NCBI GenBank assembly: GCA_040755855.1 | Contig: JBFMAD010000001.1 | Coordinates: forward strand, 256,001-320,000 | Length of the DNA: 64,000 nt | Direction of reading: 5' to 3' | From: Planctomycetota bacterium | Lineage (GTDB): Bacteria > Planctomycetota > Brocadiia > JAADGH01 | In this document: positions 27,405 to 36,603 of the stretch, piece after piece | Layout of the letters: the number at the start of each line of letters is the position of its first letter | Position numbering within the stretch: the stretch's first letter is position 1 | Made by a program: the position numbers and the translations under genes | The notes under the pieces: model-generated | Databases searched by the model: none | Told to the model about the DNA's origin: nothing | What the model saw: the letters and a program-made list of their open reading frames with translations, nothing else

Positions 27405-28802
27405 ATGAAACGAGAGCCAATCCTCCTGTGGTGCATTGTCTGCCTGCTGCTTTTCTCCGCCGCCGTCACCGCTCAGGACAGGATCGAGTTCCTGAGCGGG
27501 ATTTCCATGAGTGGAGAGGTCATCAAGGTTACGGACGAGGCGGTCGTCATCAAGATTGCCGGGCGGGAGCGTGAATTCCCCCTCGACAAGATTCATGCCG
27601 TCACGCAGAACGGCGAGCGGCGCGTGATCAACGAGAAGGGCGACGCCCCCGCGCCGCCGCCGAAAAAGACCAAGGATGAGGTAAAGGAAGAGCCGAAGGA
27701 GAAGGAAGAGCCCAAGGCCGTCGCCAAGCGCCCGGCCAAGAAGCCGAAAAAGCCCAAGAAGGTCTCGCCGTCGAAGATCGAGACCGCGATCAAGAAGGCG
27801 GAGAAGGACAAGCCCGATTGGTGGGACGACGTCAATCTGGAGGTCCCGGATACGTTGGATCTGGCCGCATGGCGCGCGCCGGGCGGCGAGGAGGCCAATG
27901 AAGCGGCGGACAAGTATCCGGCCAATTACATCTGGTCGAAGATCGTCCCCAACCCCGACCGATGGAAGGAGGGGATCAAGCTGGCCCACGAGTGCATGAA
28001 AAAGTCGGAAGGCAACGCCTCCCAGAAGACCCAGATCATGGCCGACCTCGCCGGCTACTACAAGAACCTGCTGAACGACTACCCCCGCGCCGCGCACTAT
28101 TACCGCCAGTTGTCCGCGGGGAGCTTCGGAGTGGACATCGGCCTGGGCGACTGCTACTTCGAAATGGGCAACGAGGACATGGCGATGGAGCTCTACAAAA
28201 AGCACGAGAAGACGGTGGGGCGGGACGCGGATGTCGTCCGCCGGTACACCAAACTCGGCGAAAGCAAGCTCGCCCTCAGGGTCGGCGAGGCCATGGTCAA
28301 GGCGTCTTCCGGCTATGACAAGGCCATTGCCCTGCTCGCCTGCGGCGACGCCGCCCGCGCCGATGAGGACTACAAGGGCGCCCTGGGGTTCTACGACCAG
28401 GCCCAGAAGGTGGATGTCCCCGATCGCGGCGACGCCAAGAAGACCAAGGATGAACAAAGCCGCGTGGACCGGATCAAGGAGCGCGCTCAGGCGGCCGCAA
28501 GGGTGGTAAAGCTGCACGACGCCCTGGACCTCGGCAAGGTCCCCGACGGGACATACTCCGGCAAGGCGCGGGGATATGCGGGGGACATCGAGGTCGCGGT
28601 CGTGATGAAGGGCGGCGCCATCGGGAAGGTGAACGTCACCAATCACAAGGAGACCCGGTTCTACACGGCGATCCAATCCATCCCCGAACAGATCGTGGAG
28701 AACCAGAGCCTCGATGTTGATGCGGTCACATCGGCGACGGTCAGTTCCGACGCGATTGTCGCGGCGGCGGGCGCGGCCCTTGAAGAGGCGATGAAGAAGT
28801 AG
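27405..28802 (+). CDS. Secreted TPR-containing protein with C-terminal FMN-binding (flavinylation) domain
   Basis: Signal peptide, Lys/Pro linker, TPR-like helices, then DGTYSGKARGYAGDIEVAV...VDAVTSATVSS. Confidence 0.82.
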   Translation: MKREPILLWCIVCLLLFSAAVTAQDRIEFLSGISMSGEVIKVTDEAVVIKIAGREREFPLDKIHAVTQNGERRVINEKGDAPAPPPKKTKDEVKEEPKEKEEPKAVAKRPAKKPKKPKKVSPSKIETAIKKAEKDKPDWWDDVNLEVPDTLDLAAWRAPGGEEANEAADKYPANYIWSKIVPNPDRWKEGIKLAHECMKKSEGNASQKTQIMADLAGYYKNLLNDYPRAAHYYRQLSAGSFGVDIGLGDCYFEMGNEDMAMELYKKHEKTVGRDADVVRRYTKLGESKLALRVGEAMVKASSGYDKAIALLACGDAARADEDYKGALGFYDQAQKVDVPDRGDAKKTKDEQSRVDRIKERAQAAARVVKLHDALDLGKVPDGTYSGKARGYAGDIEVAVVMKGGAIGKVNVTNHKETRFYTAIQSIPEQIVENQSLDVDAVTSATVSSDAIVAAAGAALEEAMKK

Positions 28803-28857
28803 GCCTTGACGAAATCTCTTTGCGGGGGGCTCCAAGCGGATTGGAAGCGAGCGGCGT

Positions 28858-30594
28858 GTGTTTAACATCTTTCGTCATTCACGCGGCGCAGAGGACGGCC
28901 GCCTCGTGAGGCGGCTTCCCGCCTCCTGGCGGTTCTCGCCCATCACGCGCCTGATCCAAATCGCCGTATTCATCATCTTCCTGGTTCTCTTCCTTTGGGT
29001 CGCATGGCCCTTCGCCGGGAACGAACAGATAAACCCGGACATCATCCCACGCAAGGAATTCATGGCGACCGAGAGTTTTCTGGTGATTGACCCTCTCGTG
29101 CCGACAGGGTCGGCCCTTGCCTCGCGCACGGTGGTCTGGTCCCTTTGGTGTGTATTGGGGGTGTTCGTCCTCTCCCTCTTTGCGCCCGGAGGCTTCTGCA
29201 TCTTTCTCTGTCCCCTCGGAACCGCGATTGATCTCTTCGATTGGCTCATCGGCAAGCGAATCAAGCGCTTCCGTGTCAACCACACAAACGTGGGCCGGTG
29301 GTGGACCGGGCTGCGCTATTACATTCTCCTTGTTGCTCTTATCGCGTCGCTCCTGGGTGTGGGCGTTGCAGGCTTCGTCGCCGCCGTGCCGACGATTGCG
29401 CGGACAATGACGTTCGTCATCAACCCGATCCAGATTGGCCTCGCGCAGGGGGCCTATCGCATCCCCCCGATCACGACGGCGCAGATCGTGTCAATCGCGA
29501 TTTTCATTGTGATCCTGCTCACATCCCTTTTCGGCAGTCGCTTCTGGTGCAAATACGTTTGCCCGACTGGCGCAGTCATTGAGCTGTTCGCCCTGTTCCG
29601 CGTCGGCACGCGCAAGGTTAAGGAGTCCTGCATCGAGTGCGGCAAGTGCATCCGGGCCTGCCCCTTCGACGCGATCAACCCGGACTTTACCACGCGCCCG
29701 CTGCGGTGCTCCTTCTGCCAGTTCTGCGGCGGCGCGTGCCCGGTCGGGGCGATCACATTCACGCACCGATGGAAGACGGACGGCATGCGGCCCGACAGAA
29801 AGATGACGGATAAGGAGGCGGATATCTCGCGGCGCGGTTTCATCGTCGCCACGGTTGTCGGCTGCGCAGGCGGCGGAGTCCTCCGCACGTCCTCCATACC
29901 GGGCGTCACGAAATCGCGTTCGCTCACCCGCCCGCCGGGGGCCGCGCCCGAGGGGCAGTTCCTCAGCCTGTGTGTGCGATGCGGCGCGTGTGTGCGGGTC
30001 TGTCCGGGTGGGTTTCTCCGTCCGGCCTCTGTCCTCGACCAGGGCGTCAAGGGCATGTGGACGCCGCACGCCGATTACACCTGGGCCGGGTGCGACGAGA
30101 ACTGCAACTTCTGCGGCCAGGCCTGCCCGACCGGCGCGATCCGGCCATTGCCCATCGAGGAGAAGCGCTGCGCCGTCATGGGCACAGCCGTGGTGCGGAA
30201 GGACATCTGCCTGCCGCACGCGGGCATCGGCCACTGCGATATCTGCTACAAGGAATGTGAATCCACCGGATACCAGGCGATTTCCTACGTTCGCGTGCAC
30301 GCGAAGTCCCACGAGGACGAAGGCTTCCTCGCGCCGGAGGTGGACCCGGTGAAATGCGTTGGCTGCGGGCGGTGCGAGAACCGATGCCACTTGGCCTACG
30401 TGAGAGGGACGGGGCAGATGAAGCTCGCGGCGATTTACGTGCAACCGGGTCCGATTGAGATCAAGGTTGGGGACAAGAGCATCTTGCTCGGTGGTGAGAT
30501 GCGGTTGCCTCCGCCAGCCAGTTACAAGGTGGAGATGGAGAGGCGGCGCGAGGCGCAGAAGAGCACGAAACGTGTGATTGATGTAAAGTGGTAG
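28858..30594 (+). CDS. Membrane polyferredoxin, NapH/MauN plus NapG/MauM fusion
   Basis: Multiple TM helices, CIFLCP and CKYVCP, two CxxCxxCxxxCP motifs, internal SRRGF, RPPGA and four further Cys clusters. Confidence 0.85.
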   Translation: MFNIFRHSRGAEDGRLVRRLPASWRFSPITRLIQIAVFIIFLVLFLWVAWPFAGNEQINPDIIPRKEFMATESFLVIDPLVPTGSALASRTVVWSLWCVLGVFVLSLFAPGGFCIFLCPLGTAIDLFDWLIGKRIKRFRVNHTNVGRWWTGLRYYILLVALIASLLGVGVAGFVAAVPTIARTMTFVINPIQIGLAQGAYRIPPITTAQIVSIAIFIVILLTSLFGSRFWCKYVCPTGAVIELFALFRVGTRKVKESCIECGKCIRACPFDAINPDFTTRPLRCSFCQFCGGACPVGAITFTHRWKTDGMRPDRKMTDKEADISRRGFIVATVVGCAGGGVLRTSSIPGVTKSRSLTRPPGAAPEGQFLSLCVRCGACVRVCPGGFLRPASVLDQGVKGMWTPHADYTWAGCDENCNFCGQACPTGAIRPLPIEEKRCAVMGTAVVRKDICLPHAGIGHCDICYKECESTGYQAISYVRVHAKSHEDEGFLAPEVDPVKCVGCGRCENRCHLAYVRGTGQMKLAAIYVQPGPIEIKVGDKSILLGGEMRLPPPASYKVEMERRREAQKSTKRVIDVKW

Positions 30595-30605
30595 CCGCCG
30601 GTGCG

Positions 30606-32597
30606 CTACGGCTTCTTGTCCCGTTGGATCGTTTCGAGAAACACGTCGCGGAGCGGCTTGCCCTGGTCGCCGTCGCCGGTGCAGGCGTCGGGGTATTTTT
30701 CAACCGCCTGATCGAAGGCCTCCATGGCCTTGTCCTTCTCCCCGATCTTGTGGTAACAGATCGCAAGGAAATAGGCCGCGAAGGAGGCCGCCGTCTTGCC
30801 GTGTCCATAGCGGGCAAGCGGGTATTCCCGAAGCACCCGCTCGAATAACTCAATGGCCTCTTCGTATTTCTGCTGATCTTTCTTGAGAAACGCAAGCTGC
30901 CCCACGGCGCAGCCCGCCCAGTTGTCCTTTGGATACTTCTCAATGAGTTCCCGCAGAAGTCGCTCATACTCCTCCGCGTTCCCTGCCTTTTGCTGGTTTA
31001 TCGCCGCGCTGAAGAGCCGAAGCGCCTCGTCGGTCCCCGGCATCTCGCCGCCTTTCTTTCGCTCCTCGGCCCGAATCCTAAGAGGAAATACATCCGCAAG
31101 GGGCCGCCCCGTATCGGCCGCGAAGGCGTCCGGGTACTGCTGAACCATCTGCCGATAGACCGCCTCCGCCCTTTCCTTGTCACCCTTCTTGTAGTAAGAC
31201 ATGGCCATCAGGAATGCGGCGACGCCGCCCACGGGATTTCCGTTGCCATACCGGACCTGGGGGTATTCGCGCAGCGCCTTTTGACATGCCTCGATAGCTT
31301 CGTCATATTTCTGCTGCCGCCATCGGATTTCGGCGATCTGCCCCACAGCGCAGCCGGCCCAGTTGTCTCTCGGATATTTTTTTAGGACCTCGTTGAAAAT
31401 CTCAATAGCTCCATCCGCATCGCCCGCCCGCCACTTCGCCACGCCCTCGCCGAGCAAACTCCTTGCCTCTTCTGTGGCGACCAATGGCGCGGCGGGCTGC
31501 TCCTGCGACCCGGCCATCGGGATCATCAGCAGCGCCACGACCATGAGCAGGACCGCAGAATACCACGTAAGCCGAACCGACAACACTCTCTTTGCATCCA
31601 TAATCCTACGGATGCGGCGGGCAATACCGGAGTCGGTCTCAAGGATGCCCAGGTAGTTCAGCGCCGGCGCCCATGCCTCCGTCGAGCGCTTCAAGACGCT
31701 CAGGAGCGACTCGCCGTATGCCCCGCCCTCGCCCAGATGAAGCAGGACGACGTCGTCCACGATCAGCTCGCGCTCGAACCGCAGCCGCATGTTGGCAAAC
31801 CACACGAAGGGATGGAACCAGTAGATGACCTGGAGGATCGCTTGGATAAAGTTGATGAATAAGTCACGACGCTGGAAGTGGGCCAGCTCGTGGAGGAGGA
31901 TGGGTTCCACCTGATCGTCCGGAAGATCGGCCACGACTTCGGCAGGTAGAATGATCCGCGGTCGGAACAACCCTACCAGGATAGGGGAACTGAGGCCCGT
32001 CTGGGAAAGGATGGGGACATCGTGCTTGACACCCAGGACCCGCCGCGCCTCGCGGAAGGACGTAAGGATGCGCGGGGCAGTCACAGGAGAGGCCGATTGG
32101 AGCGTCTGCCGCATCTTCAGGAACATGAGGAGTCCCGTGGCTGCGAGGACGCCCATTCCCCCGATCCAAGCCGCAAGGAGCGCCTGCAGCCACGGGAAAT
32201 CCGTCCCCCCAGAATGCCCCGTCCCACCGGGCGGTGGAGGGTGGACTCCCCCGGACTCCGCAAGCTCCAACGCCGTTGGAGACGGAACCATCGCCGGTTC
32301 ATCAGGACCCGAACGCCCCCCACTCGGGGTTCGGGCCGACTGGAACTCCTCGACCGCGAAGGGTGCGCGATCGAGGGACACCCAATATCCCAGCCCCGTC
32401 GGAAATGCGAAGGTCGGCGGCAGACACAACTTGAGCAGCACCAGCCCCCACAGGCAGTACCGGAACCTCGGCGACATCCGACGCGCGACGACGCAGATGC
32501 ATGCCAGCGCCGCAACGAGGACCGCCGCCTGCCACGACATGGCAAGCATCCACCCCAGCCACGCACCGACCAGACGATCAGGAAGATCGGTCCCCAT
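30606..32597 (-). CDS. BlaR1/M56 family zinc metallopeptidase with duplicated TPR C-terminal module
   Basis: RYCLWGLVLLKL, SPILVGLFRPRIILP, HELAH, YWFHPFVW, ERE..D, RRIRRI; TPR C-terminus. Confidence 0.88.
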   Translation of the reverse strand: MGTDLPDRLVGAWLGWMLAMSWQAAVLVAALACICVVARRMSPRFRYCLWGLVLLKLCLPPTFAFPTGLGYWVSLDRAPFAVEEFQSARTPSGGRSGPDEPAMVPSPTALELAESGGVHPPPPGGTGHSGGTDFPWLQALLAAWIGGMGVLAATGLLMFLKMRQTLQSASPVTAPRILTSFREARRVLGVKHDVPILSQTGLSSPILVGLFRPRIILPAEVVADLPDDQVEPILLHELAHFQRRDLFINFIQAILQVIYWFHPFVWFANMRLRFERELIVDDVVLLHLGEGGAYGESLLSVLKRSTEAWAPALNYLGILETDSGIARRIRRIMDAKRVLSVRLTWYSAVLLMVVALLMIPMAGSQEQPAAPLVATEEARSLLGEGVAKWRAGDADGAIEIFNEVLKKYPRDNWAGCAVGQIAEIRWRQQKYDEAIEACQKALREYPQVRYGNGNPVGGVAAFLMAMSYYKKGDKERAEAVYRQMVQQYPDAFAADTGRPLADVFPLRIRAEERKKGGEMPGTDEALRLFSAAINQQKAGNAEEYERLLRELIEKYPKDNWAGCAVGQLAFLKKDQQKYEEAIELFERVLREYPLARYGHGKTAASFAAYFLAICYHKIGEKDKAMEAFDQAVEKYPDACTGDGDQGKPLRDVFLETIQRDKKP

Positions 32598-33000
32598 CTG
32601 TGCACCCCCTCTTTCTTCGGTGACGCCTGACGATCCTTTCGAGCTCGGCGATGTCCTCGGACGTCAACTTCTCCCGCTCGGCATAGTAGGCGACAAACGG
32701 CGAGAGCAGGCCGTTCAGCACACGCTCCGAGAAATCCTTGATCGCCTCCTTCAGCGCCATCTTCCGAGCAACCGCCGGCCGATACAGGAAGGAGTTTCCC
32801 ACCTTCTTGTATTCGACGGCGCTCTTGGCCACCAGCCGGCGCACGAGGGTCTTCACGGTCGAATAGGCCCAGTCGTGCTTGTCGGCAAGGGCCGCGTAGA
32901 TGTCGCCGAGCGCCATTGGTCCCCCATCCCACAAGACCCTCATCACAAGCCATTCCGAAGGAGAGAGCTCCGGGCGTTGACTCGCGGGCGTCTTTTTCAT
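32578..33000 (-). CDS. BlaI/MecI/CopY family transcriptional repressor
   Basis: LSPSEWLVMRVLW, WAYSTVKTLVRRLVAK, YRPAV; overlaps the start of the M56 gene. Confidence 0.92.
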   Translation of the reverse strand: MKKTPASQRPELSPSEWLVMRVLWDGGPMALGDIYAALADKHDWAYSTVKTLVRRLVAKSAVEYKKVGNSFLYRPAVARKMALKEAIKDFSERVLNGLLSPFVAYYAEREKLTSEDIAELERIVRRHRRKRGCTDGDRSS

Positions 33001-33037
33001 TGCCCCCCTCGCATAAATGGTTCGAGGTTGCCCCTGT

Positions 33038-33073
33038 GGTTACAAGTGTAACCTATAAACCTGGGTTTGTCAA
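33038..33073 (-). promoter_or_regulatory. sigma70 promoter overlapped by a BlaI-type operator
   Basis: Minus strand TTGACA (33073-33068)-17 nt-TACACT (33050-33045); palindrome GGTTACA-AG-TGTAACC at 33038..33053 contains the TACA-NN-TGTA box. Confidence 0.85.
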
Positions 33074-33115
33074 GTGGATTTTCAAAAAACATTTCTATCT
33101 CCTCATAACGGGTCA

Positions 33116-33148
33116 GACCTCCCGGAGGTTCCGAACCTCCGGGAGGTC
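33116..33148. repeat. REP-like 33-bp palindrome, copy 2
   Basis: GACCTCCCGGAGGTTC-C-GAACCTCCGGGAGGTC, perfect 16-bp arms. Confidence 0.85.
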
Positions 33149-33169
33149 GGGAACTCATCGAGATCCGCG

Positions 33170-33541
33170 CTACGTGCCGTCAGACTTCCCGATGCTTCGC
33201 GTTGCGACGATATTGATGCCCATCCCCAGGATGTCGGACACGATCGTGTCGCCCTCCTTTACCGGCGCGGCGACTTCCACCTTCGCAAGGGCTTCCATGC
33301 AGTAGAGCATCGCCCCCTTCTGGATCGGGTCCGTCGTGCGGACGGGAACCAGGGGCAGCTCGCCGCCCGCGACGCGGACGGTGCTGGTAAGCATCCGCTC
33401 GGGATTGGTGTGCTCCTTCTCGGCGTACTCAGTGCCGCGCTTGCACTCGTATCCGGTGATGTCCACGATCTGCTCGCCCTCGTAGGTCACGACCAGCGTG
33501 CAGCCCACGGGGCAGACGGTGCAGGTGTATTCCTTCTTCAT
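33170..33541 (-). CDS. DUF1667-like small CxxC metal-binding protein
   Basis: ATG 33541 after AAGGAG; CTVCPVGC..GYECKRG..P.RMLTSTV..PVRT..PI.K. Confidence 0.85.
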   Translation of the reverse strand: MKKEYTCTVCPVGCTLVVTYEGEQIVDITGYECKRGTEYAEKEHTNPERMLTSTVRVAGGELPLVPVRTTDPIQKGAMLYCMEALAKVEVAAPVKEGDTIVSDILGMGINIVATRSIGKSDGT

Positions 33542-33556
33542 CAAACGCCGCTCCTT

Positions 33557-33727
33557 TGGAGTGCGGTAGCCATGCTGCCGCCTTTTTTGCGGGAAGCCAC
33601 GCTTCCCGCTCTTCCGTTGCGGGGGCGTCGCTGTCAGGCCATCTTCTGACCCTCGCATGGTTGCTGCGCCATCGTCGGGAAGCAGGGCTTCCCGGTGTCA
33701 AGGCGCAAGCATGGCTTGCGCACTCCA
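33557..33727. repeat. 171-bp symmetric REP doublet / MITE-like element
   Basis: Terminal inverted 28-mers, TGGAGTGCGGTAGCCATGCTGCCGCCTT and (reverse complement) TGGAGTGCGCAAGCCATGCTTGCGCCTT; inner hairpins GGGAAGC-NNN-GCTTCCC at 33591 and 33677. Confidence 0.8.
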
Positions 33728-33731
33728 CAAA

Positions 33732-35270
33732 TCAATTCTTGCTTCCGGCCAGATATTTCAGGATTTCGATGGCGACGAGCCGATTTCCCTTTTCGGAGAT
33801 GTGCACGCCGTCCGTCGTGAAATAATTCCGCTTGTCGGGGATGTCCTTCAACGGGGTATAGAGGTCAATGTAGTCGCAGCCGAACTCATCGCCGACCTGC
33901 CGCGCCAACTTGTTGTAGAGCTCCAGTTCGGACGGCTTGCCGAACAGGTTGTGCGGCTTCTTTTCCGCCGCCCGCTTGTCCGCCGTTTCTTTGCAGATTT
34001 CCCAGACGCTCGACGTGGCCGACATGATCGTCACCTTCGCGTCGGTCTTTTCCTTGATCTGTTTGATCACGTCCCGATACGTCGGCGAGAAGACATCCAC
34101 CTCACAGGCGTGTTTCGTGTATTCCGGCCAGGCGACCTTCGAGTCGTTGTGGCCGAGGAAGATGAAGACGTGCGTGGGCTTTATGGCGATCACGTCCTTT
34201 TCGAGTCGGTCCGCCACGCGGGTAATCATATCGCCGCCCACCCCCGCGTTGACGACCTCGAACTCGCCGGGGTCGGCCGTGCGGAGATAGAGGTCAACCT
34301 TGTCCACGTAGTTCCTACCGCGAAATAAGTCGGTCAACGAATCGCCTACGAAGACCAGCTTCTCCGGCTTCTTGAACGTCACTTTCTTCGCCAGCGAAAG
34401 GACCTGTTCCTTGATCTCCTTCGGCATGATCTCCATGACCCGATCCGCGCTCGGTCCCGAGCCGGCGACGCTGAAGTGGAACAGATGGATGCCTCCTTCC
34501 GCGTCGTCCGGGATGCGCAATCGGTCCTGCACGATGCCATCCTTGCCGATGCGTTTAGATGCCTTCTCTTTGAGGAAATCATGCGGATCATAGAGCAGCA
34601 TGTTGACCGTGGCATCCTCCTTCGCCCCGCCGACCTTGATCCGATATTCGAAAAACTCGCCGACCGATGCGACGCGCGGGCTGAACTCCACCTCAAGCGA
34701 AACATCCGTCGGCTTCTCCACAAACGATGCATCGTCCACCAGCGCCCACGCGCCCTCGCCTTCCAGCCGGACGCAGGGGGCCACATAGCTGATCGCATCC
34801 TTCTCCGCCTTATACTCCCCCTTGATCTCCTGCCACTGGTCGGTCAGATCGACCGGTTGCCCCAGGTCCTTCCCGCCGAGGTAAGCGATCTGCGGTTCCT
34901 TGCCCTCCTCGTCCTTGCGACCGTACTCGATGACCGCGAGCGTGGCCTTGCCCTTGCCCCGCATCCAGAAGCTCAGGACGTAAGCCTCGCCGGGATACAC
35001 TGTCTCGGAGTTCTTGCTCGAACCGTAGAGCGTGATGACCGGCTTCTTCGCCGTGGGGCCGATCTCGATCCGAGCGGCATGTTCGCCGGAGTGGACGTTC
35101 TCCTTGCCCGATACCGACTTGATCGTCCCCGCGTCCTTGGGCGTCACCTGCCAGTAACGAAGGACCTCGAAGTCGCCGTCGTGCATCGTCTTCGCGGGAG
35201 GTCGGCGGTCGGCATGCAGCGAGGCGCAGGCAATCAAGGCGACGAGGAACGCAATAAGTTTGATTCTCAT
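33732..35270 (-). CDS. Secreted SGNH/GDSL hydrolase with N-terminal CBM-like domain
   Basis: Signal peptide; DGDFE..HSGEHA CBM-like; FVGDSLT, NAGVGGD, LGHND, DGVH blocks. Confidence 0.85.
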   Translation of the reverse strand: MRIKLIAFLVALIACASLHADRRPPAKTMHDGDFEVLRYWQVTPKDAGTIKSVSGKENVHSGEHAARIEIGPTAKKPVITLYGSSKNSETVYPGEAYVLSFWMRGKGKATLAVIEYGRKDEEGKEPQIAYLGGKDLGQPVDLTDQWQEIKGEYKAEKDAISYVAPCVRLEGEGAWALVDDASFVEKPTDVSLEVEFSPRVASVGEFFEYRIKVGGAKEDATVNMLLYDPHDFLKEKASKRIGKDGIVQDRLRIPDDAEGGIHLFHFSVAGSGPSADRVMEIMPKEIKEQVLSLAKKVTFKKPEKLVFVGDSLTDLFRGRNYVDKVDLYLRTADPGEFEVVNAGVGGDMITRVADRLEKDVIAIKPTHVFIFLGHNDSKVAWPEYTKHACEVDVFSPTYRDVIKQIKEKTDAKVTIMSATSSVWEICKETADKRAAEKKPHNLFGKPSELELYNKLARQVGDEFGCDYIDLYTPLKDIPDKRNYFTTDGVHISEKGNRLVAIEILKYLAGSKN

Positions 35271-36541
35271 TGCTTTGACTCTCCATTCCCGATTGAGATC
35301 GTGATCTTGTCCGCCCCGTCGAGTTTCAGGTCCTGCAACTCGATGTCGAAGATCTCCGCGGGCTTCACGATCCGCTTCTTCACCGAGTGCAGCAGCTTGC
35401 CTCCCTCATCCCGGACCTCCGCCCGGACGTTCCGTTGAATCGCCTTCACCCGCACGGCGATGCCGCCCGCGAGCGGCTTGTCGCTCAGCGTGATCCTCTG
35501 CGGCACAACGCTGTTGACGCCGTCGCCTGGGAGCACTTCCACCACCTTGCTCGGGGGCTTCCCGGTCCCGACCACCTCCGCCGCGGCGGCGCGTCCCGCC
35601 GCCTGGGCCTCCAGCGTCACCCAATCCGCCAAGTTATGGACGTAGGCCACATCCCCGCAGGCGAAGATTCCCTTGACGCTCGTCCGCATCTCCTGGTCAA
35701 TCACGGGACCCTTTGTCAACGGGTCAATCGCCAGGCCCGCCATGCGGGAGAGCTCGTTCTCGGGGATCAGCCCCGCAGAGATGAGGAGCGTGTCGCACAC
35801 ATAGTCCTTTTCCGTCCCCGCGACGGGGGTCCCCTGCGCGTCAATCTCGACAGCCGTCACCCCAGTGACTCGCTGCCGGCCTCGGACCTCGCTGACGACG
35901 TGGCGGAGGTGGAGCGGGATGCCGAAGTCCTGGAGGCACTGCACGATGTTCCGCGTCAGCCCGCCGGGGTAAGGCATGATCTCGACGACGGCCTTGACGT
36001 TCGCCCCCTCAAGCGTAAGCCGCCGCGCCATGATGAGGCCGATGTCGCCGCTGCCGACGATCACGATCTCCTTGCCCGGCATCACACCCTCGATGTTGAG
36101 GAGGCGCTGGGCCGTGCCGGCGGTGAAGATTCCGGCGGGCCGCGCCCCGGGCAGGAGGATCGCCTCCCGCGTGCGCTCGCGGCAGCCCATGGCCAGGATC
36201 ACCGCCTTCGCCTTGATCTCCGCCAGCTTGCCCTCATGTCCCACGGCGCAGAACGTGCGATCGCCGTTTAGTTCCGTGACCATTGTGTTGAGCGACACGG
36301 GGATTTTCAATCGCTCCGTCTCGCGGATGAACCGCCCGATGTACTCCGGCCCGGTCATCTCCTCGCCGAAGATATGAAGGCCGAAGCCGGTATGGATGCA
36401 CTGGTTGAGGATGCCGCCGATGCGCTCGTCGCGCTCGATGACGAGCACGTCGTCCACGCCCGCTGTCCGGGCTTCCAGCGCGGCGGCCAGCCCCGCCGGG
36501 CCTGCGCCGATCACCGCGATGTCCACCGACATCTTCTTCAT
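35267..36541 (-). CDS. NAD(P)/FAD-dependent oxidoreductase (pyridine nucleotide-disulfide family)
   Basis: IGAGPAG, GGILNQCIHTGFG, TGPEY, AMGCRER, GSGDIGLIMARR, GIFACGD. Confidence 0.9.
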   Translation of the reverse strand: MKKMSVDIAVIGAGPAGLAAALEARTAGVDDVLVIERDERIGGILNQCIHTGFGLHIFGEEMTGPEYIGRFIRETERLKIPVSLNTMVTELNGDRTFCAVGHEGKLAEIKAKAVILAMGCRERTREAILLPGARPAGIFTAGTAQRLLNIEGVMPGKEIVIVGSGDIGLIMARRLTLEGANVKAVVEIMPYPGGLTRNIVQCLQDFGIPLHLRHVVSEVRGRQRVTGVTAVEIDAQGTPVAGTEKDYVCDTLLISAGLIPENELSRMAGLAIDPLTKGPVIDQEMRTSVKGIFACGDVAYVHNLADWVTLEAQAAGRAAAAEVVGTGKPPSKVVEVLPGDGVNSVVPQRITLSDKPLAGGIAVRVKAIQRNVRAEVRDEGGKLLHSVKKRIVKPAEIFDIELQDLKLDGADKITISIGNGESKQ

Positions 36542-36574
36542 ACATCATTCCCAGGAACACAGAAGACCGATGAC

Positions 36575-36603
36575 ATCCTACCTGTGATTACACGTCATGT
36601 CAA
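36575..36603 (-). promoter_or_regulatory. Candidate sigma70 promoter for the oxidoreductase operon
   Basis: Minus strand TTGACA-17 nt-TAGGAT. Confidence 0.5.

Noticed and set aside
30606..33000. Beta-lactam resistance locus
   Set aside because: No penicillin-binding sensor domain in the M56 protein and no beta-lactamase gene adjacent.
33542..33658. N-terminal extension of the DUF1667-like ORF given in the track
   Set aside because: The extension runs through the repeat element; ATG 33541 has a good RBS and matches the family start.
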